Positions 1 through 13,030 of a DNA stretch of 64,000 bases are shown piece by piece; position 1 is the first letter of the stretch, and each line of letters starts with the position of its first letter. A program made the translations under genes and the position numbers. The notes beneath the pieces are model-generated. The model was given only the letters and a program-made list of their open reading frames with translations, searched no databases and was not told the origin of the DNA. The DNA is from Eledone cirrhosa (Eukaryota): the NCBI GenBank assembly GCA_964016885.1, contig OZ024742.1:314340001-314404000 (forward strand). Direction: 5' to 3'.

Positions 1-204
1 TTTTGCTGTTGTTGCTGTGCTGCTTTGGTTTTGTTGTTTGTTTTTTCTTTTTTTCTTTTGAGTCTATCTATATATTTTGATGCCTTCCTCTTTGTTAGTA
101 GTAGGAATTCTATAATGTGGAAGTAGCAGCCAGCAGGGAGAAGTGGGAGACTGGCGGCGGTAGCGATACTGAGACAGTGGTGGTGGTGATGTCGATACCG
201 AGGC

Positions 205-372
205 AGTGGTGGCGGTGATGTGACCGTATTACTGTAGTGATGGTGCTGTAGCGGTGGCAGCAGTGAAGGAGTGAAGGGGTGGTGGTGGCGGTGATGTGAC
301 CGTATTACTGTAGTGATGGTGCTGTAGCGGTGGCAGCAGTGAAGGAGTCAAGGGGTGGTGGCGGCGGTGATG
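205..372. repeat. 76-bp tandem duplication in a GGT/GCG-rich low-complexity tract
   Basis: GGCGGTGATG recurs at 211, 287 and 363; the two full units are near-identical. Confidence 0.8.
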
Positions 373-789
373 GGATAGTGGTGGTAATGATGACCGTAGT
401 GAGCGGTGGCGGTGAAGGTGAAAATGCCGTTATCTGGCTGTTGTGTTTAGTGTACACAGATGATGGGGTGGGTGGTGTATCTAGTTTCTGGTGTTGGTGA
501 GTTTGGCTGTCCTATATAGTGTAGACAGAGGAGAGGAGGGGGGCGTTCTTCTTCCATTTATAGCCATTTTCTTTTTTGGATATACAGTGTACAATACAAA
601 GTTGAATATTTGAATATTTGAGCCTTATAACAATATATTTTGGGTCCGAATTTTTTGGGGCTCAAGCCGGATGCTTTACGTAGCATTTGTACTAAGAGTT
701 GTTATTTCACAAATGATTTAAATATGTTAAAAATTCAAAACTTACGGGAGCGATTTCATGACCTCCGTCACCTCGTGCGTCTTCTTCCC

Positions 790-845
<56 letters not shown>

Positions 846-1190
846 GTTGTTCTTTGAGTCTCACCCATTGATGTTATTTAACTGGAAAGTTTGTTGACAT
901 GAATATCAAGCCGCTACCTGCAGCCTCAGATATTAGGGACGTATCGGAGGGTTCTTGCTGTTCCCAGCAAGCATGCCTTTCGAAGTATTCCAAAAAGCGG
1001 GGCTGGACTAATCTTCTTTAACCATCCTTGGAAACTTTTTGAGATAGTACCTAGTGCGCCTATGTCAATCGGGACGACGTTGATTTCATGGCAGTTCCAA
1101 ATCCTTTTTACCTCCCACTTTAAGTCCTGGTGTCGGTTAATTTTCTCCCTCTCCTTGTCTTGAACTCTCGTGTCAAATGGGCAGGCTAAT
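790..1190 (-). mobile_element. 3' end of an R4/Dong-like (REL endonuclease) non-LTR retrotransposon with (TAA)n tail
   Basis: Minus strand 1188-926 translates ACPFDTRVQDKEREKINRHQDLKWEVKRIWNCHEINVVPIDIGALGTIS...LRKACLLGTARTLRYVPNI*. This matches the C-terminus of REL-domain LINEs. It is followed by a short UTR and (TAA)n at 790-845. Confidence 0.75.
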
Positions 1191-1440
1191 TTCTTGTCCG
1201 TATGTATCCTAAAATCTCATCAGCAGTAGCTTTCACTGGAACTGTAGTAGCAGTAGTGAAAATTATAACGAAAAATTTCCTGGGTTACAGAAATCAAACA
1301 CCACTACCACCCCAAGAACAACAATAACAACAGCAACAACCACAAAGAACCCAAAGAACAACAACTATAACAGCAGCAACGCAGAGGAAAAAGAAACAAA
1401 CAAAAACACCGGCGACGGCAACAAAGACAAAACTAGTGAC

Positions 1441-2691
1441 GTGTCAACACAAATCAAAACAAACACATCTTTCGCGAAAGCAACCAACAAGTTTGAGCAA
1501 ATAAACATCACTAACGAAGAGATAAAACAAGCAAAGGTCTTGGTAAAAAAAACCGGACACAGAGTAAGTCTCACCTGCCCAGCTGAGATAATAAGAAACA
1601 AACTTTTGTGTTCGGTGAGTTATCGCACGATCGGATCAAAATCCAGGCGAGTTGAACGGGCAACGGATCACAGATCCAAAGAGCTATAGGTGCCGTCTGG
1701 GCACAGACTATATATAGAGCCCGGGGATCGAGATATGGCACTGTGGATGTGCTCTTCGCTACACCAGAGGAAGCCAGAGTACACTCCATTGCACCACTCC
1801 GCAGCGACGAAATCACAATGATGCTCACATATTGCGACCAGAGAGTCGTGAGGGTTCGAGTAGGCCAGGTTCCACCCTCAGTGGAGATGGCGCGTGGTTG
1901 ACAACAGCCGTCCTCGCTGACGTTGAAGATTCAACAACCATACTCAGCGTCATACAAATAAGACAGGAAAATTGGACAGGGTCGGGGATGGAGCTAATCA
2001 TCCAAGCAAACCACGAAAGCGTTGAGGCCATCCCCGATGTAATAGACCTGGACGACGGCAGCCATCTACCCATGACTGTCGAAGGTAGGCGCCCAAGGTG
2101 TCATGGATGCGGTGACAAGACGCACCTTAAGGCATTCTGCCCCCAAATTACCAAAAACAGGCACGGGCCAACCCCTTCTCCCCACGCCGTGCCCCGCAAC
2201 TGGAGCAGACAAACAAACAAAGAACAGTGGCAGAAGAGAAATCACCATCCCCAACAACAAAAACACCATCTCTTCCACCACCCACAAAACCAATGGGAAG
2301 CATACCCCTTCCTGATATAGCCAAATCGGACAAGTAGTGAGATGAGGCTGAAGAGTAGATAACTATTCCAACAAAAAAAGGAAGAACTCCCCCCCCCCCC
2401 CCCCAACCCCACCCCCACCCCCCCAAAAAAGAAGAAGAAAGAACCTTAAAAAAAAGAAAATGAAAACTACCCACCTCCACCACCATCAACAGCCACACCC
2501 CCACAATCACCTACACCATCACCACCACTACCACCACCACCAACATTACATAACACCACAAAAATTACATAACATTAAAAAAAATGTTCGCCACATCAAT
2601 TGGAGACTACCGAGGGAACATCACCAAAAGAATATTCACGGATATTCTCGTGGAGAAACCCACCCCCTGCCTAAAGAAGAGCCACAGGTAA
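1441..2691 (+). pseudogene. Tx1/L1 ORF1 (gag-like RNA-binding protein), frameshifted
   Basis: CCHC knuckle CHGCGDKTHLKAFC preceded by VEGRRPR; Pro/His-rich region; C-terminus IGDYRGNITKRIFTDIL homologous to IGDFRQALSRRIYKDIL in copy 2. Confidence 0.8.
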
Positions 2692-2740
2692 TTTTTTGTG
2701 CCTCTCCTCTTTCACTTGTTTTCCTCCTGCCCTAGCCAAC

Positions 2741-4141
2741 ATGGCTACTCTTCGAGTAGGTAGCATAAATGCACGTGACCTGGGGCTGTCTTGGAAGCAG
2801 GGGCACCTGCTGAACGATCTCAGGTCGCTAAACATAGATGTGGTAGCCATCAGGGAGACCAGATTCTCCGAGGCACAGGCCTTCGCACCAATCTTCGGCG
2901 GCTACGATGTGTACGCATCTCCCAGTCGTCCTGGATCGGGGGGTGGAGTTGCTCTGCTTTTTCGGAGAGCTTTGGATCTCGCCATACGGGATATCTTCCT
3001 GGACCCAGAAGGTAAGTTGGTGGTACTGGACGTGACCAGCGGAGACTGGCAAGCTTTCAGGCTAGTGGCCGTCTATGCCCCGACAGGAGAAGGGCGGCCT
3101 GATTTCTTCCGGCGTCTGGAGACCTTATTTGGAACGTCCCGCTCTTTAGTGTTAGTGGACGACTGGAACGGGATATTAGATGCACGCTGGGACTGTGTGG
3201 GATTAGCGGATAGCGGAGGAGGTGCAAGAGCCTCACCAACCTGCTCAAGCGTTTTGAACTGTCTGACAGGTACCGATTGGATTTCTCGAATGTGCCAATG
3301 TGGACTTGGACAAATTGCATAGGGTCATCCAGATCATATCTAGATAGAGTATTTTGTAGGGAAATAGATAGGTCTAGTATAGGCTTCATAGACAAGGACC
3401 CGGCTACTGGAAGCTAAACGCGTCATTACCAGCGCGCAAGGCGTACAGAGACCGGATTAGCGAACTAGATAAGCGGGCGTTGACGGGGGCCATCGTCAAC
3501 AACAAGTGGTTGTTTGCTCTGAAAAGAGCGATTAGAACAGAGTCCATTAGGTTTAGTAAGGCTTTTGCAATAGAGAAAAATAGAGCAGAGGGAGAGAAAA
3601 CTAGTTAGAAAATTAGACGAGGCGCTTAGCAAAAGCATCGCGACCGACGTACTTGCGGCGAAATTGGCCCTTGACCAATTCTTCAATGCAAAGCACGAAG
3701 GCTGCGTTGTCAGAGCTAGGGTGCATGCTCTCAGACACGAGGGGAGGAAAGCCGTTCAAGTGCGCGTCGTAGCAACAAAGCCACGGTCCGGTCTTTGGTG
3801 GACCACGATGGGCGCATGCTACTCGATCCCGGGAAAATGTGTGAAGCTTTTCAGCGTCACTTCGCTCAGTTGTTCGGGGGCAGCGGCGGGCCGGATCAAG
3901 GGATGGTTAGTATCTACCTCGACGGACTGCCGCTGCTCTCAGCCACTGAGGCGGAGTGCTGCGAAAAGCCGATAACAGCAGCTGAAGTACGGGAGTCAAT
4001 GACTGGCTGCACAAGGGGTAAATCGCCTGGTTTGGATGATCTGCCCTATGAACTTTACGTACAGATGCCAGACTTGTTCGGAGGCCTCTTGGCGGACGTC
4101 TACGGCAACTGGCAACAGAACGGGAGAATTCCCAGCTCTGT
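2741..4141 (+). pseudogene. Tx1/L1 ORF2 fragment (APE endonuclease plus linker)
   Basis: MATLRVGSINAR, DVVAIRET, GYWKLN and KSPGLD motifs; internal deletions near 3385 and 3760 relative to copy 2. Confidence 0.85.
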
Positions 4142-4172
4142 AATTTTTCGACTTGTTGCTTATCATTATTAT

Positions 4173-4868
4173 GGGCGGTGGATTGGCAGTATCGGTAGAG
4201 AGTCTGACGCCATGCTTTCCAGCATAGTTACGTCCCTTTACAATCTGAGTTCAAATCCCGCCGAGGTTGACTTTGCCTTTCATCCTTACGGGGTCAATAA
4301 AATAAAGTAAGTGTAATGCACTGGGTAATTCCTAGCCTTGTGCCTAAAGTAGAAACAATTATTATAGGGCAGTGGCAAATTCCACCAAGGTTAACTTTGC
4401 CTTTCATCCTTACGGGGTCGATAAAATAAAGTACCAGTAATGTACTGGGTGATTGCTGGCCTTGTGCCAAAAGTAGAAACAATTATTATAGGGCAGTGGA
4501 TTGGTAGTATCAGTAGAGGGTCGGACGCCATGCTTTGCAGCAAATAGTTACGACCATTTATGGTCTGAGTACAAATCCCGCCCAGGTTAACTTTGCCTTT
4601 CATCCTTACAGGGTCGATGAAATAAAGAACCAGTAATGTACTGGGTAATTGCTGGCCTTGTGCCAAAAGTAGAAACAATTATTATTTGGCAGTATCGGTA
4701 GAGGGTCGGACGCCATGCTTTGACGTATATAGTTACGGCCCTTGCCATTCTGAGTTCAAATCCCGCCGAGGTTAACATTGCCTTTCATCCTTACGGGGTC
4801 GATAAAATAAGTACCAGTAATGCACTGGATGATTACTGGCCTTGTGCCAATAGCAGAAACAATTATTA
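4173..4868 (+). mobile_element. Head-to-tail array of about 4 tRNA-derived Nin-domain-like SINE copies
   Basis: Repeated GGATTGGCAGTATCGGTAGAG (A-box-like), GAGTTCAAATCCC (B-box), GCCTTTCATCCTTACGGGGTCGATAAAAT core, and GTAGAAACAATTATTA tail. Confidence 0.85.
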
Positions 4869-4990
4869 ATTTTATTTGACATCGTTTAAATTAAACATTT
4901 TGAGAGAGTTTAGAGATACAACAACAATAATTATTATGGTGTTGTTTTTAGCTGTATGACCGGGTCACTAAATCAGTCTATTTATATCTT

Positions 4991-6040
4991 TTGGTGCTCC
5001 TGATCCAAGCGGACCAAAAAATCATTGAGGAGATCCCAGAGGTAATAGACCTCACTGACGGCAGCCACCTCACGGTAATTGTCGAGGGCAGAAGACCTAG
5101 GTGTGTCGTTTGTGGTGAAGGAACCCACCTAAGGGCTTTCTGCCCTCAGGCTAAAAGGTTGAGGCCACCTCTCCTACCCACCCCAGTGACACAACCATCA
5201 ACACCACCAGTAGCAGAGATGGCAGCAACAACTGTAGCAGCAACAACAGAAGCAACTATAACAGCAACAACCCCAGCAACAGTAGCAAAACCAACACCAC
5301 CACCACCAGCAACACCAACACCACCACCACCCAACGCTTCAGAACTAGCACCAGCGCCTACACCATCCACCACACCACAACCAAAACTAACGGCTGTGGA
5401 GGATTTTCCACTCCCCGGCCTATCACAACTGGAGACAGATTGTGACGACGAGGAGTGGGAAACGATATCCGGAAAAAAAAAAAGAAACCAAAAAAGAAAA
5501 AAATCTCTTCCTTCCCCCTCCAAAAACAAAATACAGAGGGAAACAAATAAATTAAGAAACAAAAAAGTTAGGACAGATATGCCACCATCCACACCAGCAT
5601 CACCAACCCCATCAACCCAAACACCAACACCATCACCATCATTAACCCCAACACCACCATCACCTACACCACAAAAGTCACCAAAATGCGAAACAGAAAC
5701 AAACCCACAACAAACGCAAACAAAACAAAACAACCAAAACGATACACACTACACAGCATTAAATTTGAACAACAAGCAATTATTACACTACATCCAACAC
5801 AACACCAGCATCACAGAAAAAGACTACACAACAACCCCAAAATTCACACCACCTCCACACATACAAATCACTCGCATCACACAGAAAACGTACATGACAC
5901 TAAAACAAAAATTCCCCAAAGACATCGGAGACTTCCGACAAGCACTCTCCAGGAGGATTTATAAGGACATCCTTCCTGAGGAGACCAAAAGCAGTGAAAA
6001 GGATGGAAAAACCGTCCTTCCCGTACGAGAAGTAAGGTAA
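4991..6040 (+). CDS. Tx1/L1 ORF1, C-terminal two-thirds (open but 5'-truncated)
   Basis: 349-aa ORF with VEGRRPRCVVCGEGTHLRAFC knuckle, Pro/Thr-rich linker and basic KKKRNQKRKK patch. Confidence 0.8.
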   Translation: MVLLIQADQKIIEEIPEVIDLTDGSHLTVIVEGRRPRCVVCGEGTHLRAFCPQAKRLRPPLLPTPVTQPSTPPVAEMAATTVAATTEATITATTPATVAKPTPPPPATPTPPPPNASELAPAPTPSTTPQPKLTAVEDFPLPGLSQLETDCDDEEWETISGKKKRNQKRKKSLPSPSKNKIQRETNKLRNKKVRTDMPPSTPASPTPSTQTPTPSPSLTPTPPSPTPQKSPKCETETNPQQTQTKQNNQNDTHYTALNLNNKQLLHYIQHNTSITEKDYTTTPKFTPPPHIQITRITQKTYMTLKQKFPKDIGDFRQALSRRIYKDILPEETKSSEKDGKTVLPVREVR

Positions 6041-9000
6041 GTGGTCTTTCCCATCTTTTCCACTCCTTTTCAACATGACCTCACTCAGAATAGGCAGCAT
6101 AAATGCGCGTGGCTTGGGGTCGTCATGGAAGCAGGGCCACCTGCTCAACGACCTCAGGTCACTAAACATAGATGTAGTGGCCATCAGCGAGACCAGAATC
6201 TCCGAAGCACAGGCTTTCGCACCGATCTTCGGCGGCTACGATGTGTACGCATCTCCCAGCCGTCCGGGATCGGGGGGGGAGGAGTTGCTGTGCTTTTTCG
6301 GAGAGGTTTGGATCTTGCCATACGGGCCATCTTCCTGGACCCAGAAGGTAAGTTGGTGGTGCTGGACGTGACCAGCGGAGACGGGCAAGTTTTCAGGTTA
6401 GTGGCCGTCTATGCCCCGACAGGAGCAGGGCGGCCTGATTTCTTCCGGCGTCTGGAGACCTTTCTTGGAACGTCCCGCTCTTTAGTGTTAGTGGGCCACT
6501 GGAACGGGATCTTAGATGCACGCTGGGATTGTGTGGGATTAGTGGATAGGGAAGGAGGGTGCAAGAGTCTCACCAACCTGCTCAGACGTTTTGAACTGTC
6601 TGACAGGTACCGAATGGATTTCCCGAATGTACCAATATGGACTTGGACAAATCGCATAGGGTCATCCAGATCATATCTAGATAGAGTATTTTTTAGGGAA
6701 ATAGATAGGTCTAGCATAGGCTGTCCACAATTCAAGATAGTCAGCTACACGGACCACAAATTCGTGATCTGTGTGCTTGACTTAGATAGGCTTCATAGAC
6801 AAGGACCCGGCTACTGGAAGCGAAACGCGTCCTTACCAGCGCGCAAGGACTACAGAGACCGGATTAGCGAACTAGTTAAGCGGGCGTTGACGGGGGCCAT
6901 CGTCAACAACAAGTGGTGGTTTGCTCTGAAAAGAGCAATTAGAATAGAGTCCATTAGGTTTAGTAAGACTTTAGCAATAGAGAAAAATAGAGCAGAGGGA
7001 GAATTAGTTAGAAAATTAGATGAGGCGCTTAGCAAAGGCATCGCGACCAACGTACTTGCGGCGAAATTGGCCCTTGACCAATTCTTCAATGCAAAGCACG
7101 AAGGCTGCGTTGTCAGAGCTAGGGTGCGTGCTCTCAGACACGAGGGGACGAAAGCTGTTCAATGGGCCCGAGTGGCGGAGGCGCGTCGTGGCAACAAAGC
7201 CACGATCCGGTCTTTGGTGGACCACGACGGGCGTATGCTACTCGATCCCGGGCAAATGTGTGAAGCTTTTCAGCGACACTTCGCTCAACTGTTCGGGGGC
7301 AGTGGCGGGCCGGATCGAGGGATGGACTTTAGTGTCTACCTCGACGGACTGCCGCGGCTTTCGGCCACTGAGGCGGAGTGTTGCGAAAAGCCGATAACAA
7401 CCGCTGAAGTACGGGATGCAATGACTAGTTGCACAAGGGGTAAATCGCCTGGTTTGGATGGTCTGCCCTATGAACTTTACGTACAAATGCCAAACTTGTT
7501 CGGAGGCCTCTTGGCGGACGTCTACTGCAACTGGCAACAGAACGGGAGAATTCCCAGCTCTGTGAGCCGAGGAGCGGTGGCGCTGCTGAGAAAGGATCCG
7601 AACAAGGGGGATAACATAGATAATTTTAGGCCCATAACTCTGCTAAACACAGAGTTCAAGATTTTGGCCAAGGTGCTAGCAAAGAGGTTGGCGCTTGTCG
7701 TTGGTGGTCTGGTGGGAGAGGCACAGACATGCGCCATTCCCGACAGATCCATCCACGACAACCTCCACCTCATGCGATACATCGTAGAGAGGGTAGCTAG
7801 GGAACCTGGCACGGGTGGGTCTTTGATCAATTTAGATCAGTCGAAAGCCTTCGATAGGGTCGACCACCGTTACCTAGCGGCAGTCCTGAGGGCGGCTGGC
7901 TTTGGGCCCGTCTTCAGAGACTGGATCGCTGCCATGCACAGCGACATCTGCTCTGTAGTGAGAGTGAACGGTCACCTTTCGGAACCGTTCAACATCATGC
8001 GCTCGGTCCGCCAAGGATGTCCCCTCTCGTCCCTATTGTACGTATTGACTCTCGAGCCATTATAGCACAAACTGGAGACGTTGTGGGGAGTCCCGCGCGA
8101 ACTAGGATGCGGAAGATCCGTGTCAGCATATGCCGACGATGTCACCGTAATGGTGTCGAACGCCAAACACATCGAGGCGATCGGCAGTACACTAAGAGAA
8201 TACGAAGCGGTGACAGGTGCTATGATCAACCAGGAAAAGTCAGTGGGCCTGCAGCTCGGCACCTGGAGAGGCAGGTCCATGCGATCCAACAGCGTCGTCG
8301 GGCGCTGGACGGACAGACCGGTTAAATTGCTAGGGGTCTAGTTCGGTCCAGACCTCCAGACGGACAAAAACTGGGACGAGGTGACGAGCAGGGTGGCTTC
8401 TCTCACCCAGAAATGGGCCGAGAGGAAGCTATCCCTGAAAGGTCGAGCGGAGGTGGCGAATGCGTACATCGCATCCGTCATCTACTACCGCCTAACCGTC
8501 GTACCTTGTCCTAAGCCCCGCCTGACTGCGCTGGAGCGTTTGCTCTTTCGCTTCTTGTGGAAGGGACGCGCTCCGATGGTCAGGCGGTCCATCTGCTGTC
8601 AACACCCGCTACGTGGAGGGGCTGGGCATGCCGTGGCTGATGATGCGCAGACACGCGCTCAGGCTACGACATCTCCACCTCTTCCTCGACGGTGATCAGG
8701 TGTGGTCGCCGTTTGCTAGACGCGTTTTTCCCCAGCTCGTTTCCTTGACGGAGCTGCAGCCCTGGGTCAAGCGAAGACCGAGAGGGAGCGCCTGGAGACA
8801 GGAATATCTTCAGGCGCTCACAGCCCTCGACCAATTGGGCAATGTGATAGGTGGAAACTCCACCTCGGCGTTCTATAGAGGATTAGTGGAGGGGAAGAGC
8901 GACGACGTACTTGGGGAAACTCTAGGCGTCGACGAAAATCAACTAACCAATCTCTTCGGAAGTATTCGGACCGGGACCTATGGACAATTTCCAGAAATCT

Positions 9001-9737
9001 CTGGCCTGGCAGTGCTACCGAGGAGCCTTGCCAGTTCGGGATAAACTCTACAGGCATGGAGGTGCCGTCAGCCGGGCATGTCCGAGATGCGCGCAGGGCG
9101 ACGAAACCTTCCTGCACGCACTCGTCCAGTGTCCGAAAATTGCTGACTTGTGGGTTTATGTCGAACACCTGCTGTCGCGTGTAGGACGGATCCGGCTATC
9201 ATCTGAGTCCATCGTGAGGATTGCCCCGCCTTCTTCCTTCAGCCGGGAAGGGCAGGCAGTTTTTATCTGTCTGGTGGCCATGGCGAAAGAGATAGTATGG
9301 TGGACACGTTTGAAAGGGCTGAAGACGCGCACTTACCTCTTCGGTGATGCCCTGATTGACTTTTTCAAATTTCATTTGAAAAGGAAAATCAGAGTAGAGA
9401 GGGAAGTGCTCTCTTCCCAGCATTTTGTTGAAAGATAGGTGAGAGAAGCAAGAATGGCCCGAGTGATATACTCTGAGTATATATCTGTAAATTAAAGGTG
9501 GAAAACTGGGAGAGGGCACTTGCCTTGGTGGTCAGGGTCACTGTGGCCTTTTACTGGGCTTTCTCCACAAATGTCCCTCCGAAGTCTCCCCCCTATTGGG
9601 GAATTGTTCATTGTTATTTTTTGTTACATCCTCTGTTTTTGTTTTTACACGCAGAAATGCCCATTTGTACCGTCCTGTATTGTCCTGCACTATCCTTAAT
9701 GTCTACTTTATGTAAACCCTTTTGGTTAATAAAGAAA

Positions 9738-9769
<32 letters not shown>

Positions 9770-9770
9770 G
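4993..9770 (+). mobile_element. L1/Tx1-clade LINE copy 2 (5'-truncated ORF1, near full-length ORF2, 3' UTR, AATAAA, (TAT)n tail)
   Basis: ORF1 with CCHC; ORF2 with APE, RT and C-terminal Cys/His domains; AATAAA at about 9728 followed by (ATT)n. Confidence 0.93.
6075..9438 (+). pseudogene. Tx1/L1 ORF2 (APE endonuclease, reverse transcriptase, C-terminal zinc motif), disrupted
   Basis: MTSLRIGSINARG, SYLDRVF, YTDH, KSPGLDG, NFRPITLLN, DQSKAFDRVDH, VRQGCPLS, YADD, CPRC..ETFLHALVQC. Frameshifts at about 6275, 8620 and 8960; stops at 8063 and 8339. Confidence 0.93.
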
Positions 9771-9920
9771 TTTCTACTTTTGACACAAAGCCAGCAATTA
9801 TCACAGTGTATTACTGGTGCTTTATTTTATCGACCCCGTAAGGATAAAAGGCAAATTAACCTCGGCGGGATTTGAACTCAGACCATAAAGGGCCTTAACA
9901 CTTTGGCGCTACCACTGCCG
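9766..9920 (-). mobile_element. Nin-domain-like SINE copy
   Basis: Reverse complement of the 4173-4868 unit, abutting the LINE tail. Confidence 0.8.
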
Positions 9921-10134
9921 CACACGAATACTTTAAACAAATTGTATAAATATTTATGTATGTTAAACTCAAAATTTTAAGACTCACACAGGAAACAAAT
10001 AGATATGCAAATGAAATTTTGTCTCTGAAATCTACAACATGTTCTTATAGTGCTAGTCATGTTTTATGGTCTAAACACATTTTCCTTTATTTTTGCAGGT
10101 TTTAAAATTGATGTATTCAATCATTTAATAAAAC

Positions 10135-10287
10135 ATGGAGGAACTTGAGTACCTAACAGTGATCAATTATCTGGAGTTAAAAGACCCTGCTGATATTCAT
10201 AAGAACTTGCAAGACACATAAGGGGAGGATGACCCGTCATATGCCACGGTCAAACGCTGGGTCAATGAATGCAAGCGTGACAAGTAA
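10135..10287 (+). pseudogene. mariner transposase N-terminal HTH fragment
   Basis: Translates MEELEYLTVINYLELKDPADIHKNLQDT*GEDDPSYATVKRWVNECKR, resembling the Mos1-type HTH (..YG..APSY.TV.RW..F). Confidence 0.65.
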
Positions 10288-12494
10288 GGTGTTTTTGTAA
10301 ATAATTAGCTCTGAGCCATCCGCTTTTGGGTATTAGACATATAAACGCCTATCTCTTCTTTCTGACTTTCTGACTTTCTCTTCTTTATTACCATCTTTAT
10401 ACCTTTCAGCTTCATCTTAATATGTGGTCAATCTTTCATGCTAGACCTACCACCTTATAGAATGGCATATGATGGTCTTAAGCCCGAACATCCTAATTTC
10501 TAATTCACGCACCTTTACTTATGCACATTATATATGTGACTTGATATCACCATTTGCTATGAACATATATACATGGGAACACTATCAATCTTTGTGAAAA
10601 CGTCATCTCTTACGTATACAGCTTCGTCATTAACTTTGAAACTTATACACTCCGTACAACTCTAACTTATATCGATCCAACTTGCCATTAGCAATAAATA
10701 CTGTGCTACAATTTACAAACACATTGATCTCATCTTGTCAATTGCACTGAAGCTAATTAATACACCGGCGAATTGTATTGTAATTAGAATTTCTATGTAA
10801 TTTCCATAAAACAAGTGTACTGGTTCCACCTAACTTGCATGCAGTTACACGTACATCTTGAATCTGGTTTGATATTTAAATTGTACCTTAATATTCATAC
10901 TCAAACTGGTGCAACATTGAGATTCTAGTTTAATTACTTAGATTCTATTTTGATGAGAGTTTAAAGCAATCTTGGCTGATATGTTAAATGTAGTAAACAT
11001 TGATTTTATACTCCGTCGAATCTGTTTTTCGGAAACTAACTTCGTATAGAAAACCGTCTGGTCCACCTGGACTGGTTGCTGTCTTCTCTAATTCTTACAT
11101 TAGAATTAATAAGAGGTATTTGGTCTTTTGAACCAAAATAGCCGCCTAATCTATTTTCTTTAACGTGTCAATTTTACGTAATTGAGGTTTTCTATTACCA
11201 TTTCTTCTTCCTCTTTAGGATATAGCGGTCTTCAGCTTGACTTACCCCTCTTTATGATTGTGTAATTCATTTCTGTCTTTTACCATACATTTCAGACTAA
11301 CCTTGTACCCCCCGGAGAATATTCTTTGATGTCATCCTTACATCTGTTCAGTTAGTCCATCCTCTGTCTCTAGTAGACTCCAATTCGTCATTTCTTGAAT
11401 TCATATATGTTCTTCATAAAAGCCTTGGCAATCTCTACTTTTTTCGTATTACTAAATAGAAAATTCGTATTACTAAATAGAAAAAACGACCCCCCAAAAA
11501 GACATTGCAAAGAAGAAGAAGAAGAAGAAGAAGTATGTAACTGATAGATTTGCAAGAAATAAAAACGTTTGTGACAGGCACCCCGATACATTTGAGCAAA
11601 TTCAATTTAGAATGCATGATTCTTTGATTGAATGTAAAAAGCAAAGGAATAATCACCAGACGTTAGTCTATACACCGTATCATACGTAAACTTTATATTG
11701 CCTATGAATTAATATATCCATAGATAATATCGTGTTCAATGTTAAGCACGTCACCTGTCTAGCGTTATGTTATAAAGTGCTCAAGTAATGTGCATAATAT
11801 TTCCTGCTGTAAATTTCTTACCTAGAATTTCTATCCGCCTATAATTAAGTCCCTTCTTCAAAATGCCCTAGAATCCGCTAGAAGTTGTATTCTACTTACT
11901 AATTCGGATATTAATGCCATACCTTGCTTTCTAAGAGATCTTCACTAATCGATGATAATTTTGTGAGGCGAGGCGTATTAGGCCGGAAATGCTTGAGTCA
12001 GATATAGAAGCGTACAATGAAGATAATGTTATAGATTTGACTTGATATTACATAGTTGACATACTTCCACTTAAATTCCTTTCTCTGTAGGTGGGGCATC
12101 CTGCGATTAAGGACTACTCATTTTACAAGATATGTATTGTCAGAAAATTATGTTAGGAAGATTTCATTAATATTTTCAAAGAAATATATCTAAAAGTCGC
12201 GATAAATTTGAATTTAAATATGGTTCATTTCATAGATATCACCCTACTTTCCTGTACTCATATATTCTGTCCTCATATTAAACATAACAAGAAACCTCAG
12301 TATATTGATATAAATTTATCCATTCACAAATGAACCTTAAAAACTTAATTAATAACATTAGCGAGTATTTAAACAGATTGTTCTCGGTCAGAAATTCTTC
12401 AGCTACGAGAAGGTATTAAATGAAAGGCTGTAAATATAGGATATATTATATACAGGAGAACAATACTATTCATACACACAAAAATGTTAAACGA

Positions 12495-13030
12495 AATTCT
12501 TCTTCTTGAGGTATCGCTTCATCGCAGGTGAAACATGAACACAGTTATTGTTCCAAATTTACCGATATCACATCGCAGTAAGAAGATCCTGTCCAGTGAG
12601 GCCAGTGTTCCTTGCCAGCAGAATCCTGATGGTTAAGTTTAGAGGTCCTACACTTTTCATCAGGTGACCAGAGAAGCAGTTTCCCTGTAGGTTCATCATG
12701 GCGACAAACATGCTCAGCAAGTGCCAAGCGAAAGGATCGAACTATCGACGAAGCTTGTTGCAGATCACCATAAAGAACTTTGTTGGTTGTTTTACTTACC
12801 ACAAAATGTTGAACACCACACGTAACATCTTGGTGTAGGAACCATCAAGCCTCCTAGACAGAGTGACACAGAGTCCAGGATTCTAAACCATATAGTAAGA
12901 TGCTTATGACTGTAGTTTTAAAGACATTGCACTTCATAGATCTTGGGGTGGGAGCTTTCCAGACTTTTTGTAGCGAATTTATTACACAGCATGCTTGACC
13001 AATTCTAGTGGTCATACCATGCTCAAAGTC
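12495..13030 (-). mobile_element. RTE-clade LINE 3' fragment
   Basis: Minus strand FKTTVISILLYGLESWTL, RLDGSYTKMLRVVFNI, RLALAEHVCRHDEPTGKLLLWSP; short GAA tail. Confidence 0.7.

Larger units (their letters stand above)
1260..4141 (+). mobile_element. L1/Tx1-clade LINE copy 1 (frameshifted ORF1 plus 5' part of ORF2, 3'-truncated)
   Basis: ORF1 fragments with a zinc knuckle; ORF2 APE domain starting at 2741; high identity to 6075-7562; sequence breaks off after CCCAGCTCTGT at about 4141. Confidence 0.9.

Noticed and set aside
2685-2741. Intron fusing ORF1 to ORF2 (AG|GTAA ... polypyrimidine CTAG)
   Set aside because: Splicing would not put ORF2 in frame, and copy 2 has no AG acceptor before its ATG
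4173-4868. CRISPR-like repeat array
   Set aside because: Units are about 190-bp SINEs with A/B boxes; no unique spacers, no cas genes, eukaryotic context
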